Shown: positions 39,614 to 48,821 of the stretch, piece after piece
Position numbering within the stretch: the first letter of the stretch is position 1
Layout: the number at the start of each line of letters is the position of its first letter
Virus record (IMG/VR): IMGVR_UViG_3300026533_000002
Coordinates: 54,977-118,976 of that record
Strand: one strand, 5' to 3'
Length of the DNA stretch: 64,000 nucleotides
Source of the DNA: a virus
Made by a program: the position numbers and the translations under genes
Notes under the pieces: generated by a model
The model's database searches: none
Told to the model about the DNA's origin: nothing
The model's input: only the letters and a program-made list of their open reading frames with translations

Positions 39614-39653
39614 CACCACTTAACTTGTGCCGATAGACGGAGTCCGGCACTAA
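39614..39653 (-). promoter_or_regulatory. conserved hairpin element, putative phage RNAP promoter 3
   Basis: Plus strand CACCACTTAACTT-GTGCCG-ATA-GAC-GGA-GTC-CGGCAC-TAA. Confidence 0.65.
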
Positions 39654-40383
39654 TAAGATAGGTAGATTAGGTTATATGGAATGTGTTACTAGTAGTAGGT
39701 GTAATCTTAAAGTTAGCTGGAAAACACCTGATATCGTTGTTTTTTACTTAGTGAAAGATACCTTTTCAGGTGTTTAAATCTAGCTCAAAGTAAGTGTAGT
39801 ACGAGGTTTACCCCTATTGTATAATAAATATAAAGGCAGTACTATTCTCTCATGTGTCCTTATATAAGAGTATAAATGGAGGACTTAGTTTGGTGTCGGT
39901 TAGATTTGGACTAGATAAGAGTAGGTATTAGTTCTTATAAGAGTAGTATCTATCCTTATATAATAAGTAGCTAATAATAGTAGTTATCTTAAGTGAACCT
40001 TAAGAGCTACTAGTACCAAACCCCTATAATAGGGAGTTTGCTATGTTCTAAATAGTAGCTACTTGTAGCTATTTTATCAGTAGCTACTTTCCATCCCTTT
40101 ATATATAAGTACTATAAAAGGGTTACTTTTATGAGCATGGCTTATACGGTTTACCGGTAGCGGTTATTATTGAAGTCACATTGTGGATAGTTAGGTTCAA
40201 TAATAGGAGGTTAGTTTTAGGAGGTTAGTTTGTTGTTGAGTTGGTACTAGCCTTTGGTTGGGATGGTGAATACCTTGTACCAGAAAGTACCTTTCTTATA
40301 CTATAAGGAAAAGGTACAGCAAAGTACTCCAAACCCCGTAGCCAAGGGCCTTACAGGGAATTGGGTAGTCATCACAGTAGTGA

Positions 40384-40827
40384 CTACTTGAACTTATTAA
40401 ATCCCATATTTAGTACTATTGCTTCCCTTGGTATATTACCTTTGTGGTGTATCATTTGTATGAACTCCCATACCTTCTGCTCATCGCCTTTTACAGCTAG
40501 TAATGGGTTTACTATGAACTCATGGTCTAGTTGGAGCTTATTTATGAGATTACTCTGCTTTAACCTACTAATTGAGTTGCGTATTGTAGCTACTGTGTAT
40601 CCAGTGTCTCTCTTTAGAAGCTTTAGTGTGTCGCCATCTACTATAATATGGTTAGTATTAGTGCTGATATAAGTCATAATAGAGTCTAGTACACGTCTAT
40701 CATCAGATCTAAGGTCCTTGAACACTTTAAATGCTTTGTTGTTAGTCTGCAGAGTAATTCTACCTCTAGTGCCTTTAACTGCTTGTACTTTAACTCCACT
40801 TGGTCTGTTTGTCAATGATGCCATCAT
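40384..40827 (-). CDS. RepL-like winged-HTH protein
   Basis: GYTVATIRNSISRLKQSNLI...FIVNPLLAVKG; start at 40827 after AAGGA. Confidence 0.65.
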   Translation of the reverse strand: MMASLTNRPSGVKVQAVKGTRGRITLQTNNKAFKVFKDLRSDDRRVLDSIMTYISTNTNHIIVDGDTLKLLKRDTGYTVATIRNSISRLKQSNLINKLQLDHEFIVNPLLAVKGDEQKVWEFIQMIHHKGNIPREAIVLNMGFNKFK

Positions 40828-40863
40828 ATTTCCTTTAGTTTTAATAGTGTAATTATAACACTT

Positions 40864-40901
40864 CACCCCTTAACTTGTACCGTTGCGGAGCTAGGTACTA
40901 A
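40864..40901 (-). promoter_or_regulatory. conserved hairpin element, putative phage RNAP promoter 2
   Basis: Plus strand CACCCCTTAACTT-GTACC-GTT-GC-GGA-GC-TA-GGTAC-TAA. Confidence 0.65.
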
Positions 40902-41115
40902 ACACTAAGAGTAATAAAGTTAATTGTTGTAGTGACTAGCTAATATGAGTAGTAGATAAGATTATGATAAGAGAAGTAAGGTATCTCCTCTATCTTAAGA
41001 TCTCTCTCCTCTGCTAGTGTGTTAGTGGTGTACAGCTTTTAGTGTTCAGCTCTTAATTAGTAGAGACGAGGTACGAGTATTACCTCTGCTCTTGCTCTTT
41101 GTGTACATGGAAATG

Positions 41116-41149
41116 AAAAAATAAACCCTACCCCAATGAAGGAGTAGAG
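41116..41149 (-). terminator. intrinsic terminator after the first early operon
   Basis: Minus-strand CUCUACUCC/GGGGUAGGG stem, then UUUAUUUUUU. Confidence 0.7.
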
Positions 41150-41165
41150 ATGTTGTTATTGCTAG

Positions 41166-41378
41166 TTAAGAAAGTAATGGAGCTAGGCCACTATAGAGAA
41201 GTTCCCACGCTTCATCAGAGCACCACTCTTCAAAGTGAATTTCATTACAAGTAGGGTAACTACTAGCAATGTACTCTGGATCTTCCAGGTAAGCAGTACG
41301 TTCATACTCTTCGCCTCTTGTATAGTCTGTAGTTGTAGCAAGTTCTTCTTCTGTTAGTATTTGTACGAATGATTTCAT
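41166..41378 (-). CDS. small acidic early protein
   Basis: AAGGA RBS; very acidic. Confidence 0.6.
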   Translation of the reverse strand: MKSFVQILTEEELATTTDYTRGEEYERTAYLEDPEYIASSYPTCNEIHFEEWCSDEAWELLYSGLAPLLS

Positions 41379-41435
41379 TATAAGTCCTTTTATTTAAGTA
41401 ATGGTAAGCCAGCTAATTAAAGCTAGCAACTAATG

Positions 41436-41813
41436 TTATGTTTGAGGTACAAAGTCTGACGTAGTAGTATTTGATGGAGCTGAAGCAATACCTTCTGCAA
41501 TACGTTGAGCTATTCTGTCATTGTATATTTCTTCAGCTGATTTGTTAAGAGTACCAGTTGTAGTTACACCATTAGCTATTGCTTCATCGGCAATGTTATT
41601 AATATTAGTAACGTGAGTGGATCGAGCACTAATACGTGCTTCAGCTAGTGCCATATCACCAATCTTTATACCTGTAGACATAGCTCTGCCTACGAACTCT
41701 ATACCTTCACCAGTAGTATCTAATAGTTTAGCAGAGTTATCAAAGAACTTAGAGAGTGCTTTACCTGCAAAGAATAGTAGTGCGATGATTGCGATGATTG
41801 ATGCGATTTCCAT
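41436..41813 (-). CDS. early membrane-anchored protein
   Basis: N-terminal TM helix; GGAG RBS. Confidence 0.65.
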   Translation of the reverse strand: MEIASIIAIIALLFFAGKALSKFFDNSAKLLDTTGEGIEFVGRAMSTGIKIGDMALAEARISARSTHVTNINNIADEAIANGVTTTGTLNKSAEEIYNDRIAQRIAEGIASAPSNTTTSDFVPQT

Positions 41814-42289
41814 TAGTTAGCTCCTGTGATGATTGAGTTGAATGTAGTTCTTAGTTTAACTACACGACTGTTGTATATACCTGTATTAATAACTCTATGT
41901 ATAAGGTCACGATCTGTTGTAGATACAGCACCTTCCATTGACATACCAAGTTGTTGTCTGATAGTATTGAAGAAGTCAGTACGTATCTTATCTAGGTTAG
42001 ATGTTTTAAGGTAGTTACCTTCTTTAGCTTGTTTGTAAGCATCAGCTACTGATAGACCAGCTTGTTGAGTAAACTGACCAATGATACCACTGTTGTATAC
42101 TTTAAACTCTTCATGCTCTGAGTGCATAGATACTATTACTTCTATTGGATAAGCTTCTGTCATTGATACAGTGATTGCATCAATTAGAGTATTCATAACA
42201 GTTTCATCTTGAGAAGAAGTAGTTGTAGTTTGAGCTACAGGAGTAGCAGCAGTAGTTGGTTTACCAGTTGTATTAGGTACGAAAGACAT
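41813..42289 (-). CDS. first early gene, hypothetical protein
   Basis: AAGGGA RBS; Thr-rich N-terminus. Confidence 0.7.
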   Translation of the reverse strand: MSFVPNTTGKPTTAATPVAQTTTTSSQDETVMNTLIDAITVSMTEAYPIEVIVSMHSEHEEFKVYNSGIIGQFTQQAGLSVADAYKQAKEGNYLKTSNLDKIRTDFFNTIRQQLGMSMEGAVSTTDRDLIHRVINTGIYNSRVVKLRTTFNSIITGAN

Positions 42290-42337
42290 ATTAGTCCCTT
42301 TGTTTTAAGATTACAAGTAGTATTAAACTAAATGTAT

Positions 42338-42375
42338 CATCACTTAACTTGTTTCGTAGCAGAGCTAGGAACTAG
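42338..42375 (-). promoter_or_regulatory. conserved hairpin element, putative phage RNAP promoter 1
   Basis: Plus strand CATCACTTAACTT-GTTTC-G-TAGC-AGA-GCTA-GGAAC-TAG. Confidence 0.65.
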
Positions 42376-42954
42376 GTGTCCAGGATTTAGGTACCCTATT
42401 TGTAGAGGAAGTATGGGGGGGTATAGGGGAGGTCGAGGTGGGAATGTGTGCATACTAAACTTCTCACAAAAAATGATCAATATGTCAAAAAGTAAAATCC
42501 TAATCAGGCCAAATCAGAAATATTTTTAGTCGAAAAGTAAAAACCACTTCTAAGGCTAGTTACGAGGTAATAACCGTAAAACTAGTAAATACATAACCTC
42601 ATTTCTAGAAAAATAAAAAATATTTAGAAAAGTAAAAGGTACATTAGTTAGCTATAAGCACACGTAGGTTATAATAATCATTTTAAGCACTATATTAGTT
42701 ACGATAATACTTACTAGGTATATTTACCTACCTAGCGCTTATCGGTCCATATAGGCAAAGTATAGGTCATTTACTACTACACCTAAGTAAGTACTAATAT
42801 AGGAAGCTATATAAGTAAATCTAAGGTACCTTATGCAACATTATTCACAATAAGGTACATTTACTTACCTTAGTTACGATCGTAGCTTGTAGAGCTTGTG
42901 AGAGTTAACCTTATAGTTCATATTATAATTACTACTACATGGACTATTTTGTTA

Positions 42955-42963
42955 TGCTATAAT
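42955..42963 (+). promoter_or_regulatory. extended -10 sigma70 promoter
   Basis: TGCTATAAT ~40 nt upstream of the first plus-strand gene. Confidence 0.5.
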
Positions 42964-43002
42964 CCTTTTCACAAATAAAGTTAATGTATAAGGAGGCTTA
43001 CT

Positions 43003-43191
43003 ATGGTTAAGTTTAGTAACACTACTAATGATACTGAGGTAATTGATATTGAGATGAGTATTAGTGATGAGGATATTAGTATAAGACCTCTACTTAATAT
43101 GTTTATTCAGTTTGTAGTAGCTAGCTCTTATAGTAGAGAAGCTTTAGTACAAGCTATGAAAGGATATATAAATGAATACGAAACTAAGTAA
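43003..43191 (+). CDS. small hypothetical protein
   Basis: AAGGAGG RBS. Confidence 0.6.
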   Translation: MVKFSNTTNDTEVIDIEMSISDEDISIRPLLNMFIQFVVASSYSREALVQAMKGYINEYETK

Positions 43192-43321
43192 AAAGACTAA
43201 GTATTGTAGTAAATGTAAGAAAGAAGTTAGAGTAGTAGAGACTGGTGTATTTAATGTACTACTTTGTGGTAAGTGTAATACTATACTTAGTAGCGATATT
43301 GGTATAGATAAGAGTAATTAA
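43172..43321 (+). CDS. small zinc-ribbon protein (49 aa)
   Basis: Not in track; YCSKC...LCGKC; AAGGA RBS. Confidence 0.55.
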   Translation: MNTKLSKKTKYCSKCKKEVRVVETGVFNVLLCGKCNTILSSDIGIDKSN

Positions 43322-43326
43322 CTACC

Positions 43327-43749
43327 TTGGCTTTTATTAAAGTAGGTGAAACTCCTAAAGAGAAGTCTAGGCTTTACATTATGAATATAATACTCCCCAG
43401 TGGTTTAACAGTAGTTAAGATAGGTAAGAGTAGTGGCCACTCTAGTAAAGAGAGAATGCAACAGATTAATGGCAGTATATTTGATAAGTTTAGAACTACT
43501 GCTATGATTAGTATTAAGAGAGATAGAGAAGTAGATACTGATTTTGTGTTTAAGTATGAGACTACTTTACACCACTTCTTTGCAGATTACCAGTATAATA
43601 CTCCCCATAAGTTCGACGGCTACAGTGAATGCTTTGTAATCCCTCTAGAAGATGCAGTACAAGCTTATGAGGCTGTTATTAGTGGAGAAGTACCTGACTT
43701 TAAGTATGTGTTACCTGAGAAAGTAGCTGAGGACTCTCCACCTTTCTAA
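43327..43749 (+). CDS. T5orf172/GIY-YIG family protein
   Basis: LYIM..VKIGKS..ER, ETTLH, FDGYSECF. Confidence 0.75.
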   Translation: MAFIKVGETPKEKSRLYIMNIILPSGLTVVKIGKSSGHSSKERMQQINGSIFDKFRTTAMISIKRDREVDTDFVFKYETTLHHFFADYQYNTPHKFDGYSECFVIPLEDAVQAYEAVISGEVPDFKYVLPEKVAEDSPPF

Positions 43750-43755
43750 CTACTA

Positions 43756-43784
43756 TTGACACTTATTACTTTTTAACCTATAAT
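43756..43784 (+). promoter_or_regulatory. consensus sigma70 promoter
   Basis: TTGACA-17 nt-TATAAT. Confidence 0.85.
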
Positions 43785-43809
43785 GAATTATATAAATTAA
43801 AGGTTAGTA

Positions 43810-44067
43810 ATGAAAGTAGAGAAAGTAGGAACTATAGATTGGAGTAAAGCTCTAGTCTCTTTAAGTATGGGGGAGTTCTTCCTCCTAAACGTAATGTATA
43901 GGCTTGATATGGATATGAACGATATTGCTCTTATTGCAGCAACTAATAGCGGTTCATCGACTTATCGTAAACGTAAGAGAGTTCTAGTTAATAAAGGGTA
44001 TTTAACTGTTGACCAGGTTGGTAGAGGGGTTTATAAGTACACATTGAAGGATATAACAAATGACTAA
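43810..44067 (+). CDS. winged HTH-like protein
   Basis: STYRKRKRVLVNKGYL...YKY. Confidence 0.6.
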   Translation: MKVEKVGTIDWSKALVSLSMGEFFLLNVMYRLDMDMNDIALIAATNSGSSTYRKRKRVLVNKGYLTVDQVGRGVYKYTLKDITND

Positions 44068-44839
44068 GTTAGATAAAGCACATCCAGATGCTAGTAGAAG
44101 AGTTCCAGAGGAATCTCAGAATATAACTATTGAAAAGATTAAAGCCTTACTACCTAGTAAGACATCTATAGCTGTTACACAAGAGATAGTGGATCTTATC
44201 AATAATGCTGAGAGAGATACTGGGTTACCTCAAGAACTTATAGAGGAAGATGTATTATCTTACTTACATTTGTTTGAGAACTTAAATCGTGTAGGATTGA
44301 AGGACTTAGTAAATGCTATTAAGTATTGTAACCTCAAGAGGAATTATGATAATAAGGATGCTTGGGCAATAGTATTTCCTGAGAAGTATCAAAGACTAGT
44401 AGATAATAATATGGCCGTAGATAACCATGTTAGTATGTACAATAGCACTAAGATAGTAACTGCTGTAGATAAAGAGATGATGATAGCTGTTAGTTTACAG
44501 TATGCCCCTTACTTTCATGCAGCTACTAAAGAGCTTTATAAGATAGGTGTGTTAGGTAAAGGTGGTAAAGACACTAGAGGTAATGAGATGACTGTAACTC
44601 CTATGGTTAGAGTTCAGGCATTGAAAGAACTTACTACTATTACTAAGCCTCCTGAAGAGCAGAAGATTAATATTAGTGTAAATCCTGGTGCAGAAGCTCT
44701 TAGTGTACAAGCTGAGATGAATGAGCAGTTAAAAGCTATTGTAGCTCAACAAAAGAGAAGACTGGATAATGGCGAGGATATCATTGATGTCCAGCAAATA
44801 GGTATTAGTTTTGACAGTGTAGGTCATCAGGGTAACTAA
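44060..44839 (+). CDS. N4 gp69-like protein (putative terminase small subunit)
   Basis: LP, LVNAIKY, AW..VFPEKY.RL, VSMYN, VR..A, KPPE; position upstream of terminase as in N4. Confidence 0.75.
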   Translation: MTKLDKAHPDASRRVPEESQNITIEKIKALLPSKTSIAVTQEIVDLINNAERDTGLPQELIEEDVLSYLHLFENLNRVGLKDLVNAIKYCNLKRNYDNKDAWAIVFPEKYQRLVDNNMAVDNHVSMYNSTKIVTAVDKEMMIAVSLQYAPYFHAATKELYKIGVLGKGGKDTRGNEMTVTPMVRVQALKELTTITKPPEEQKINISVNPGAEALSVQAEMNEQLKAIVAQQKRRLDNGEDIIDVQQIGISFDSVGHQGN

Positions 44840-44874
44840 AGGCAATTTATTTCAGATGATGGTATAATGTCTAC

Positions 44875-46173
44875 ATGATTAAAGAATTAAAACAGAGTGA
44901 TTTTGCAGCACCAATAATAGAAGACTTAGGTATGATGAGACCTAGCCCTACTGCGAAGAGAGTTATGAGGTTTGTAAAGTTAGAGTGTACTGAGTGTAGA
45001 GCTACTTTCAAGCTTACAGTTGACAATGCTAAAAGAAGGCAAGAACATAAGTGCCCTGACTGTAAACTAGTTCCAAATGTTAGGGACTTTAAAGCGGAGT
45101 TTTTAGGCCTAGTGAAAGGTACTAGAGTAGGAAGATTTAACTGTGCTAATTGTGCTGAAGAGTTTGAACAATCAATTGTTGGTGGTAGAAGTAATGCTTA
45201 TGGTGTATGTAATACCTGTAGGATAGCTACAGACTCTATGATAGGTGAAGATGGCTCGTTTAACTTAGATGCTATTAATAAGGTTTTAACGTACAATAAA
45301 GATACCGGTGTTATTTATAATACTATTAGGGATAGAGTTGTCACTCTAAAAGATGATGGTAGGATACGTCTTAATAATGGTGTAACATTTAAAGCTACAA
45401 GACTCATCTTCTTAATGGAATTAGGTATAACACTACCTGACAATGTATGGTTTACCTATAAAGACGGTAACATGACTAACTCTAGGCTTTGTAACCTAGG
45501 ATTTACTGTTAGAAAGCCTGTTAATTGGAAAGCTGTCGCAGTAGCTAAAGGTGATAGAGCACCTGTAACTATTGAGAAATTTAAAGATAACGTACTAGCT
45601 GCCAAAGCTATTACTAGAGAAGAATGTAAGAATGTTAGCGGGTATAGCAGTATCAGACGTCAAGGATTACTAATACAAGCTTTCGATGAACTAGGTATTG
45701 CTTCTACCAAGACAGTATGGTCACTTGGACTAGTTAAAGAAAGAGCTTTGCAATACAATACTAAAGCTGAGTTTAAAAGACTGGACCCTAAAGCCTATAA
45801 TTACTCTGTTAAATACAGTGGAGCACATGCGGAAGTTACATCTCATATGATACCTTCTAGTAATTGTGATAATGATGCTATTTATATATGGAGAGTTATA
45901 GGTGAGGAGAATCTATACAAGATAGGTGTTACTTCAGTGAAGTTAGGATGCCATAGGATTGAACATGTTGCCAGAAGAGCTGGTATGGAGTATGAGGTAG
46001 TTATACTTCAAGCTGTTAATGGTAAGGCTACAGATATAGAGAGTCTTCTACTAAGTAGTGTAGATAAGTATGAGTTTGATAGGAAATTCGATGGCAGTAC
46101 TGAGTTTAGATTGCTATCTACTAGTGAACTAACTATGATGGTAGATATTATAAAAAGTAAAGGAGTTATTTAA
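44875..46173 (+). CDS. chimeric homing endonuclease (Zn ribbons, degenerate HNH, C-terminal T5orf172/GIY-YIG)
   Basis: Four CxxC pairs; YNKDTG..KDGNMTNSRLCNL; IYIW..LYKIGVT..FDGSTEF. Confidence 0.7.
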   Translation: MIKELKQSDFAAPIIEDLGMMRPSPTAKRVMRFVKLECTECRATFKLTVDNAKRRQEHKCPDCKLVPNVRDFKAEFLGLVKGTRVGRFNCANCAEEFEQSIVGGRSNAYGVCNTCRIATDSMIGEDGSFNLDAINKVLTYNKDTGVIYNTIRDRVVTLKDDGRIRLNNGVTFKATRLIFLMELGITLPDNVWFTYKDGNMTNSRLCNLGFTVRKPVNWKAVAVAKGDRAPVTIEKFKDNVLAAKAITREECKNVSGYSSIRRQGLLIQAFDELGIASTKTVWSLGLVKERALQYNTKAEFKRLDPKAYNYSVKYSGAHAEVTSHMIPSSNCDNDAIYIWRVIGEENLYKIGVTSVKLGCHRIEHVARRAGMEYEVVILQAVNGKATDIESLLLSSVDKYEFDRKFDGSTEFRLLSTSELTMMVDIIKSKGVI

Positions 46174-47897
46174 TGAGTAAAGAAGTGGTACCATTTGATA
46201 TAGATGCAGCACTTGATAGTATAAATCTGTCATTCCCTAATTATACACCAACAGAGGATAGCTTGAAATTCTTTAATATTATAAGGATGGTACAGGGTTC
46301 AGACTTTGAGTTTAATACACCAATGGTGCATTTCTGGCTAGTAGATTTAGTGTTCGGTAATATAACTAGAGACCAGTACCCATATAGTAAGGAAGTTAAC
46401 GAAAATGTTACTATAGATACTACTAGGATAGCTATTATGATGTCTAGAGGATTGGCTAAGAGTAGTGTAATTACTTCGTTTATGCCTGTGTACATGGCAG
46501 TTACTGGAGAATTACCGGGCTATGGTCCGACTTACTTTATGTTGTCCATTGCAGCCTCAACGCAAGGCGGTGCAAGAGTAATATCAAAGAGTATCCAGTC
46601 ACTATGTGAAGACAGTATATTCTGTAATAATTACTTTGAAGACATGAGATTCACTGAAACTGAAGCAGAGTTTGTTAGAAAAGGAGATGGACCAAAAGGT
46701 AATAGAGCTTTCCTGCACAGAGCTATGGGTTTTGGTTCTGGTATCCGTGGGCAACGTAGTAATTACGGTGTACGTGGAGGTACAGTTAGACCAGATATAA
46801 TAGCTTTTGATGATACAATCCTAAACACAGCTGCAGCTTACTCAGAAACTATAATGAATACATTAAGAGAAACTATACAGAGCGATGCTTTGAATGCTTT
46901 GAAAGGTGGAGGAAGAGGACGTATATGGCATGTTTTTACACCTTTCCATTTAGGTGATGTTAATGTACAGATGCTTGTTACTAATTCTTATACTCCAGTT
47001 GTAATTCCTATATGCGAGAAGATTACAGTAGACACAACTAAGGAAGAGTTTAGAGGTGCCTGGCCTGATATGCACCCTTATGAGTCAGTCATAAGCCAGT
47101 ACAGACAAGCAGTGGCTTCGAACTCTACTAAATCATTCAACCAAGAAAGGATGTTAAGGGTTTCATCAGAAGAAGATAGAATGATACAAGATAGCATGAT
47201 TGAATGGTTTAACCGTAAAGATATGATAAAAGACCTTAGTGCCTATAATATCTACATTACTACAGACTTTACTACTACATCAGAAGCTAAGTCAGACTAC
47301 TCAGCATTAGGTGTATGGGCTGTAAATAGTAATAGAGATTACTTCTTAGTTGATTTATGTGTTAGAAGACAAAGTATAGGCGAACAGTATAACGAGTTAT
47401 TTAGAATGGTTAATTTCTGGAGTGCTCAAGGTAAAGCTATAGAAGTAGGTATAGAGATTGATGGCCAGCAGAAAGCTCACATATTCGCACTAAAAGAGAT
47501 GATGATTAAGAGAAGTGAGTGGTTCACCTTCGCTAGACAGAAAGGAGCTAAGTTAGGTTCTGAAGGGATACTTAGTAGAGCTGTTGGAGGTAACAAGCAT
47601 GAGAGATTCAGAATGATGTTGCCTCAATTTCAGAATCACAAAGTCCATTTCCCATTAGAGTTAAAAGATACTCCTGATATGAAAGAGATGATGACTGAGT
47701 TAAAGTATGTGACTTACTCTGGTTTTAGCAGCGCTCACGATGATGCAGTAGATATAATATCTCAGTTAAATATGGTAGAGATTATCTACCCTACAGTTAG
47801 TCCTATGGAGTATAGAGGGTCTAGTTCTAAAGATAGAGCATTATGGGATGACCTAAATAACTATGAAGATAACTCTTCAGCATATAGTAATTATTAA
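46173..47897 (+). CDS. terL: terminase large subunit (N4 gp68-like)
   Basis: YTP..F, TP.VH, RGLAKSS, GIRG, RPD..FDD, TPF, YITTDF, DYS, HDDAVD. Confidence 0.92.
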   Translation: MSKEVVPFDIDAALDSINLSFPNYTPTEDSLKFFNIIRMVQGSDFEFNTPMVHFWLVDLVFGNITRDQYPYSKEVNENVTIDTTRIAIMMSRGLAKSSVITSFMPVYMAVTGELPGYGPTYFMLSIAASTQGGARVISKSIQSLCEDSIFCNNYFEDMRFTETEAEFVRKGDGPKGNRAFLHRAMGFGSGIRGQRSNYGVRGGTVRPDIIAFDDTILNTAAAYSETIMNTLRETIQSDALNALKGGGRGRIWHVFTPFHLGDVNVQMLVTNSYTPVVIPICEKITVDTTKEEFRGAWPDMHPYESVISQYRQAVASNSTKSFNQERMLRVSSEEDRMIQDSMIEWFNRKDMIKDLSAYNIYITTDFTTTSEAKSDYSALGVWAVNSNRDYFLVDLCVRRQSIGEQYNELFRMVNFWSAQGKAIEVGIEIDGQQKAHIFALKEMMIKRSEWFTFARQKGAKLGSEGILSRAVGGNKHERFRMMLPQFQNHKVHFPLELKDTPDMKEMMTELKYVTYSGFSSAHDDAVDIISQLNMVEIIYPTVSPMEYRGSSSKDRALWDDLNNYEDNSSAYSNY

Positions 47898-47900
47898 CCC

Positions 47901-47929
47901 TTGACATCCTTAAATTAATCTACTATTAT
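47901..47929 (+). promoter_or_regulatory. sigma70 promoter for structural genes
   Basis: TTGACA-17 nt-TATTAT. Confidence 0.7.
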
Positions 47930-47954
47930 TCTCCTAAATTTAAAGGAGAGTAAT

Positions 47955-48371
47955 ATGACCTATAAGCAATTTAAGGCTATGGTTACAGGACTACTTATTG
48001 GTGATACTTCTATACCTCAAGATGAAGAAGTACTACTTAGCCTAATTAGCTATGCATTAATAACAGTAGCAACAAAAGCAGAGTCATTACATCTAACAAC
48101 TGAGAATGCTGGGGAAGATATACTTAGATTGTCTACAGGTAATTACCTTATAAGACATCCAATAACTCCTGTTGATCTAGATGATGCTATGGATATAGAT
48201 AAAGAATTAGTACCTGCTGTTGCTAGGTTTGTTGCTAGTTACGTTAGTAGAGATAAAGGTGGTGTTCATGTGCAAGCTGCTAATAGAATCATTACAGATT
48301 ATAACTCTAAGGTTTATGATATACTTGAAACTATAGAAATACCAGAGGAAGAACTAGATGACAGTCAGTAA
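47955..48371 (+). CDS. probable head-tail adaptor (N4 gp67 position)
   Basis: Position after terL; helical, L.PA...FVAS. Confidence 0.5.
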   Translation: MTYKQFKAMVTGLLIGDTSIPQDEEVLLSLISYALITVATKAESLHLTTENAGEDILRLSTGNYLIRHPITPVDLDDAMDIDKELVPAVARFVASYVSRDKGGVHVQAANRIITDYNSKVYDILETIEIPEEELDDSQ

Positions 48372-48798
48372 TATGTTATTAAGAGGTAGAGGAACAGCTA
48401 CCAAGACTGTACTAGTAGCTAAGGACTTGCTATGGGAAGAATTACCGTTTAGAAAGTATAAGACTGCTTTAGATCCTGATACTTTAATAGTTATATTCAG
48501 CCATTCCTTTATTACATTAATGAGAGCAGTTCTAAGTAATGTAAATGGACCATCTATTGTACATATGAATAATGAGGAGAGAGAACTCTACTACTTATAC
48601 GTTATGTATGTTAATGATAATAACGATGTTAGAGTAACTGAGTCTAAGCTGTATGAAGTTATTATTGCATTGGATAAAGGTATAACTAACGAATTGAATT
48701 GTAAGACTGAGTCATTTAATAATATGGCATTTAACACTAAATATGACTGGGCTAAAGAGCTTAACCAATTACCTAACTGTTGTGCAGTACGTAATTAA
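48358..48798 (+). CDS. hypothetical structural protein
   Basis: Operonic in late region. Confidence 0.55.
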   Translation: MTVSNMLLRGRGTATKTVLVAKDLLWEELPFRKYKTALDPDTLIVIFSHSFITLMRAVLSNVNGPSIVHMNNEERELYYLYVMYVNDNNDVRVTESKLYEVIIALDKGITNELNCKTESFNNMAFNTKYDWAKELNQLPNCCAVRN

Positions 48799-48821
48799 TA
48801 TAATTTAAAGGATATAACAAT

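Noticed and set aside
3880-42014. Many plus-strand ORFs in the left arm (e.g. 3880, 14640, 15330, 27204, 40361)
   Set aside because: Antisense shadows of real genes: S/L/I-rich, no RBS, explained by codon bias
42332-42529. 65-aa plus-strand ORF
   Set aside because: Overlaps the hairpin element and G-tract; no RBS; not protein-like
39200-43000. CRISPR array or mini-array
   Set aside because: The repeated 15-mers are more than 1 kb apart and precede genes; no repeat-spacer periodicity
46173-47897. Intein in the terminase
   Set aside because: Length is typical and no C...HN splicing motifs are present
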